This document shows, piece after piece, positions 62,080 to 64,000 of a stretch of DNA of 64,000 nucleotides. Every line of letters begins with the position of its first letter. Position 1 is the stretch's first letter. Source of the DNA: Leidyana gryllorum EB-2025a. Lineage: Eukaryota; Protista; Apicomplexa. The notes under the pieces were generated by a model. The model searched no databases, was not told where the DNA came from, and worked only from the letters and a program-made list of their open reading frames with translations. The translations under genes were made by a program, and so were the position numbers. Where the stretch lies: NCBI GenBank assembly GCA_048772705.1, contig JBLWGC010000121.1, positions 229,020 to 293,019 of the forward strand. The letters run 5' to 3'.

Positions 62080-64000
62080 CTATGCGAGCATATCCTCAGC
62101 ATGAGCGGTGGAAGCGGCGTTGTTGCGACGACGCTTTTGGTACACGAATGCCCCCGCAATCGCAGTGAGCCCCAGAGTTCCGAAGCCCAATGCGTACAGG
62201 AACGGTTTGGGAGTGTAGTCATGTACCAGACCGTTGTAGTAGTATACAGCGGTCGAGGCCACGGACGAGGCACTGTCCGTTATGGCGTTGATCAAATGAT
62301 CCAGGAAAGATAGAGCACGGGGGCTTGACGGCTTGTTGCGACGCAGACCACCAGTAGAGAATCCGGGTTGAGAAACATCTCCGGTAGCGGCATCTGCCGC
62401 GAGATCCTCCTGCTGCTGCTGCTCGGAGATAGGGGTGACAAACAATTCCTCCGATTGCTCTTCGGCGATCAGAACATCAGCAGATGCGCCCATCAGTTCG
62501 GCTTCCGGCTCCTCCTCGGCAACCATCACTTCAGCTGAGGCTCCAACCAATTCGGCATCCGCCTGTTCCTCCTCTAGAACCTCAGCTTGGGGGGCTATCA
62601 CTTCTGCTGCAGTCAATACGATGACAACGGGTTCTTCAGCGATTTCTGCTTCGAGTGGCTCAGCAACGGCCTCCCATTGAGCGACCACGGGGGTAGCAAT
62701 CGTTTCGGTGGCGGCTGCGGCTTGACCCTCGACTTCGGAATCGCCATTTTCTACCAATTCTGTCTCTTGGCCGACCTGGAGAACGGTTTCCTCCGATTGA
62801 TCAGCATCGAGACCTTCCAACAACACATCCAATAGCAATTCCGGGATAAGGTCTTCAACAGGCTCCTGAGGGAACGATTCAGCACCAGGAGTAGAATCTT
62901 CAGCAGCGGGGGTAGAATCTTCAGCAGCGGGGGAAGAATCTTCAGCAGCAGGGGTAGAATCTTCAGCAGCAGGGGTAGAATCTTCAGCAGCAGGGGTAGA
63001 ATCTTCAACAGCAGGGGTAGAATCTTCAACAGCGGGGGAAGAATCTTCAGCAGCGGGGGAAGAATCTTCAGCAGCCGGGGTAGAATCTTCAGCAGCAGGG
63101 GTAGAATCTTCAGCAGCAGGGGTAGAATCTTCAGCAGCAGCAGCTGTAGTGTCTGGAATAGGGGTTGAGGAAACCTCGGCTCCAGTCAACAGATCTGTGA
63201 GAGCATTGCGAGATTGATCAAACAATTTTTCGATCTTTTCGACCAAATCTGATGGCAGTGGAGCGTCACGGGCATTGCGGATCAACTCCTGGTCTCCGGC
63301 GGGCACTGATGAAGTTGTGATCTTCGAATCGTCGTCGAACGGTGTAGTAGTGGTCGTGGAAGTGGTCGTGTCCTTGCGCATGCCTCCGAGGAAAATTTGT
63401 TCGCCTTCCGGAGCTTCAAACAGCTGTATGATGGTGTGGTCTTGGATCGGCAGCTGTTCCTGCTCTGAAACGGCTGGTATAGGAGTAAGCGCGGTCGAAG
63501 CGGTGGCGCCTCCCCGCGTCACTTCCTCCATTTGGCGGTCCGTTTGGGCCTGTGTTTCTGCAGCACGTTGTGCAGAGTCAATATCATCGACTATTTCGTC
63601 AACGAGTTGTTCCAAGCCGGGGGCCACTAGTGACGATATGGATGGATACATTGCGGTTTCACGTACTGTGCTCTGAGATAACAGCGAGTTGTTTAGCGAA
63701 AACTCCGTTCAAGATATTGCCGTAGAGCTCGATCATTTGAGAATCCTGCAAGAAGCGGGGAAGATTGTGAGATGTGACGTCAGCATCCGCCGCCAATTGT
63801 TGCTCCTCGAGGGGAGATTCCTCTATCTTGATTTCGGCATAGTCTGTCAGAATTGATGAGCATTCGCATAGTTGGGGCGCCTTACCAGCAACATCCATGG
63901 TCAGTGGAACATCTGTGGCGGCAACACCAACAGCGAAAAGAACTACAGACGCAATTAATCTTTGACACAAACACCTTTCACCTACCAGTGGTAATGGTGA
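62080..64000 (-). CDS. Acidic type-I membrane protein, copy 4 (12 repeats; start just beyond the window)
   Basis: ORF 62080-63651 plus upstream exons; by offset the ATG falls ~13 bp past the window end. Confidence 0.85.
62891..63144 (-). repeat. 21-bp coding minisatellite (PAAEDST), 12 units; homologous tracts at ~55352-55459, ~57877-57982 and ~60338-60468
   Basis: Repeated ggggtagaatcttcagcagc(a/g). Confidence 0.9.

Larger units (their letters stand above)
54378..64000. repeat. Tandem gene array, ~2.5-kb unit, at least 4 near-identical copies, continuing past the window end
   Basis: Stop-to-stop periods of 2524, 2465 and 2553 bp; introns and spacers are nearly identical. Confidence 0.95.

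Noticed and set aside
62891-63144. CRISPR-like regular short repeats
   Set aside because: Contiguous 21-bp units with no unique spacers, in frame within a eukaryotic CDS (PAAEDST).
54463-63676. Repeated plus-strand ORFs in the array (81-133 aa) and spacer ORFs
   Set aside because: They are antisense shadows of the low-complexity CDS. The spacer ORF (56486, 59019) is broken by a 1-bp deletion in the third spacer.
54378-64000. Transposon or LTR array
   Set aside because: No transposase, RT or integrase motifs and no terminal repeats; each unit is an intron-containing membrane protein gene.

Overview
Very gene-dense eukaryotic DNA with many short (mostly ~40-60 nt) GT-AG introns and standard stop codons. 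The organism is probably a reduced alveolate or apicomplexan-like protist such as a gregarine (inference only). After manual splicing, the window contains, in order: a membrane alpha/beta-hydrolase (truncated), a TBC1D20-like RabGAP, an AAAP amino-acid transporter, an unknown gene, UGGT, SKI2, RPN12, an unknown gene, a C2HC zinc-finger protein, SF3B3, a 2H phosphoesterase, a Lys/Ala-rich protein, SRP72, a second 2H phosphoesterase, a PUB-UBX protein, a trifunctional Trl1-type RNA ligase (ligase-kinase-cyclic phosphodiesterase), a nicotinamidase, RBM25, further unknown genes, three small secreted proteins (two clearly paralogous), two C2-domain genes, a VPS41-like gene, and a tandem array of at least 4 copies (~2.5 kb unit) of an acidic type-I membrane protein with a variable PAAEDST repeat. 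Three things stand out. (1) The Trl1-type heal-and-seal ligase starts only ~20 bp head-to-head from the nicotinamidase and lies near two stand-alone 2H phosphoesterases, which suggests a eukaryotic RNA end-repair and NAD by-product recycling neighbourhood. (2) Compaction is extreme: 15-40 bp same-strand spacers, two convergent gene pairs with interlocked stop codons, and an AAAWYTT motif just upstream of start codons. (3) There are lineage-specific secreted and surface protein families. All exon boundaries and family calls were made by eye; no searches were run.
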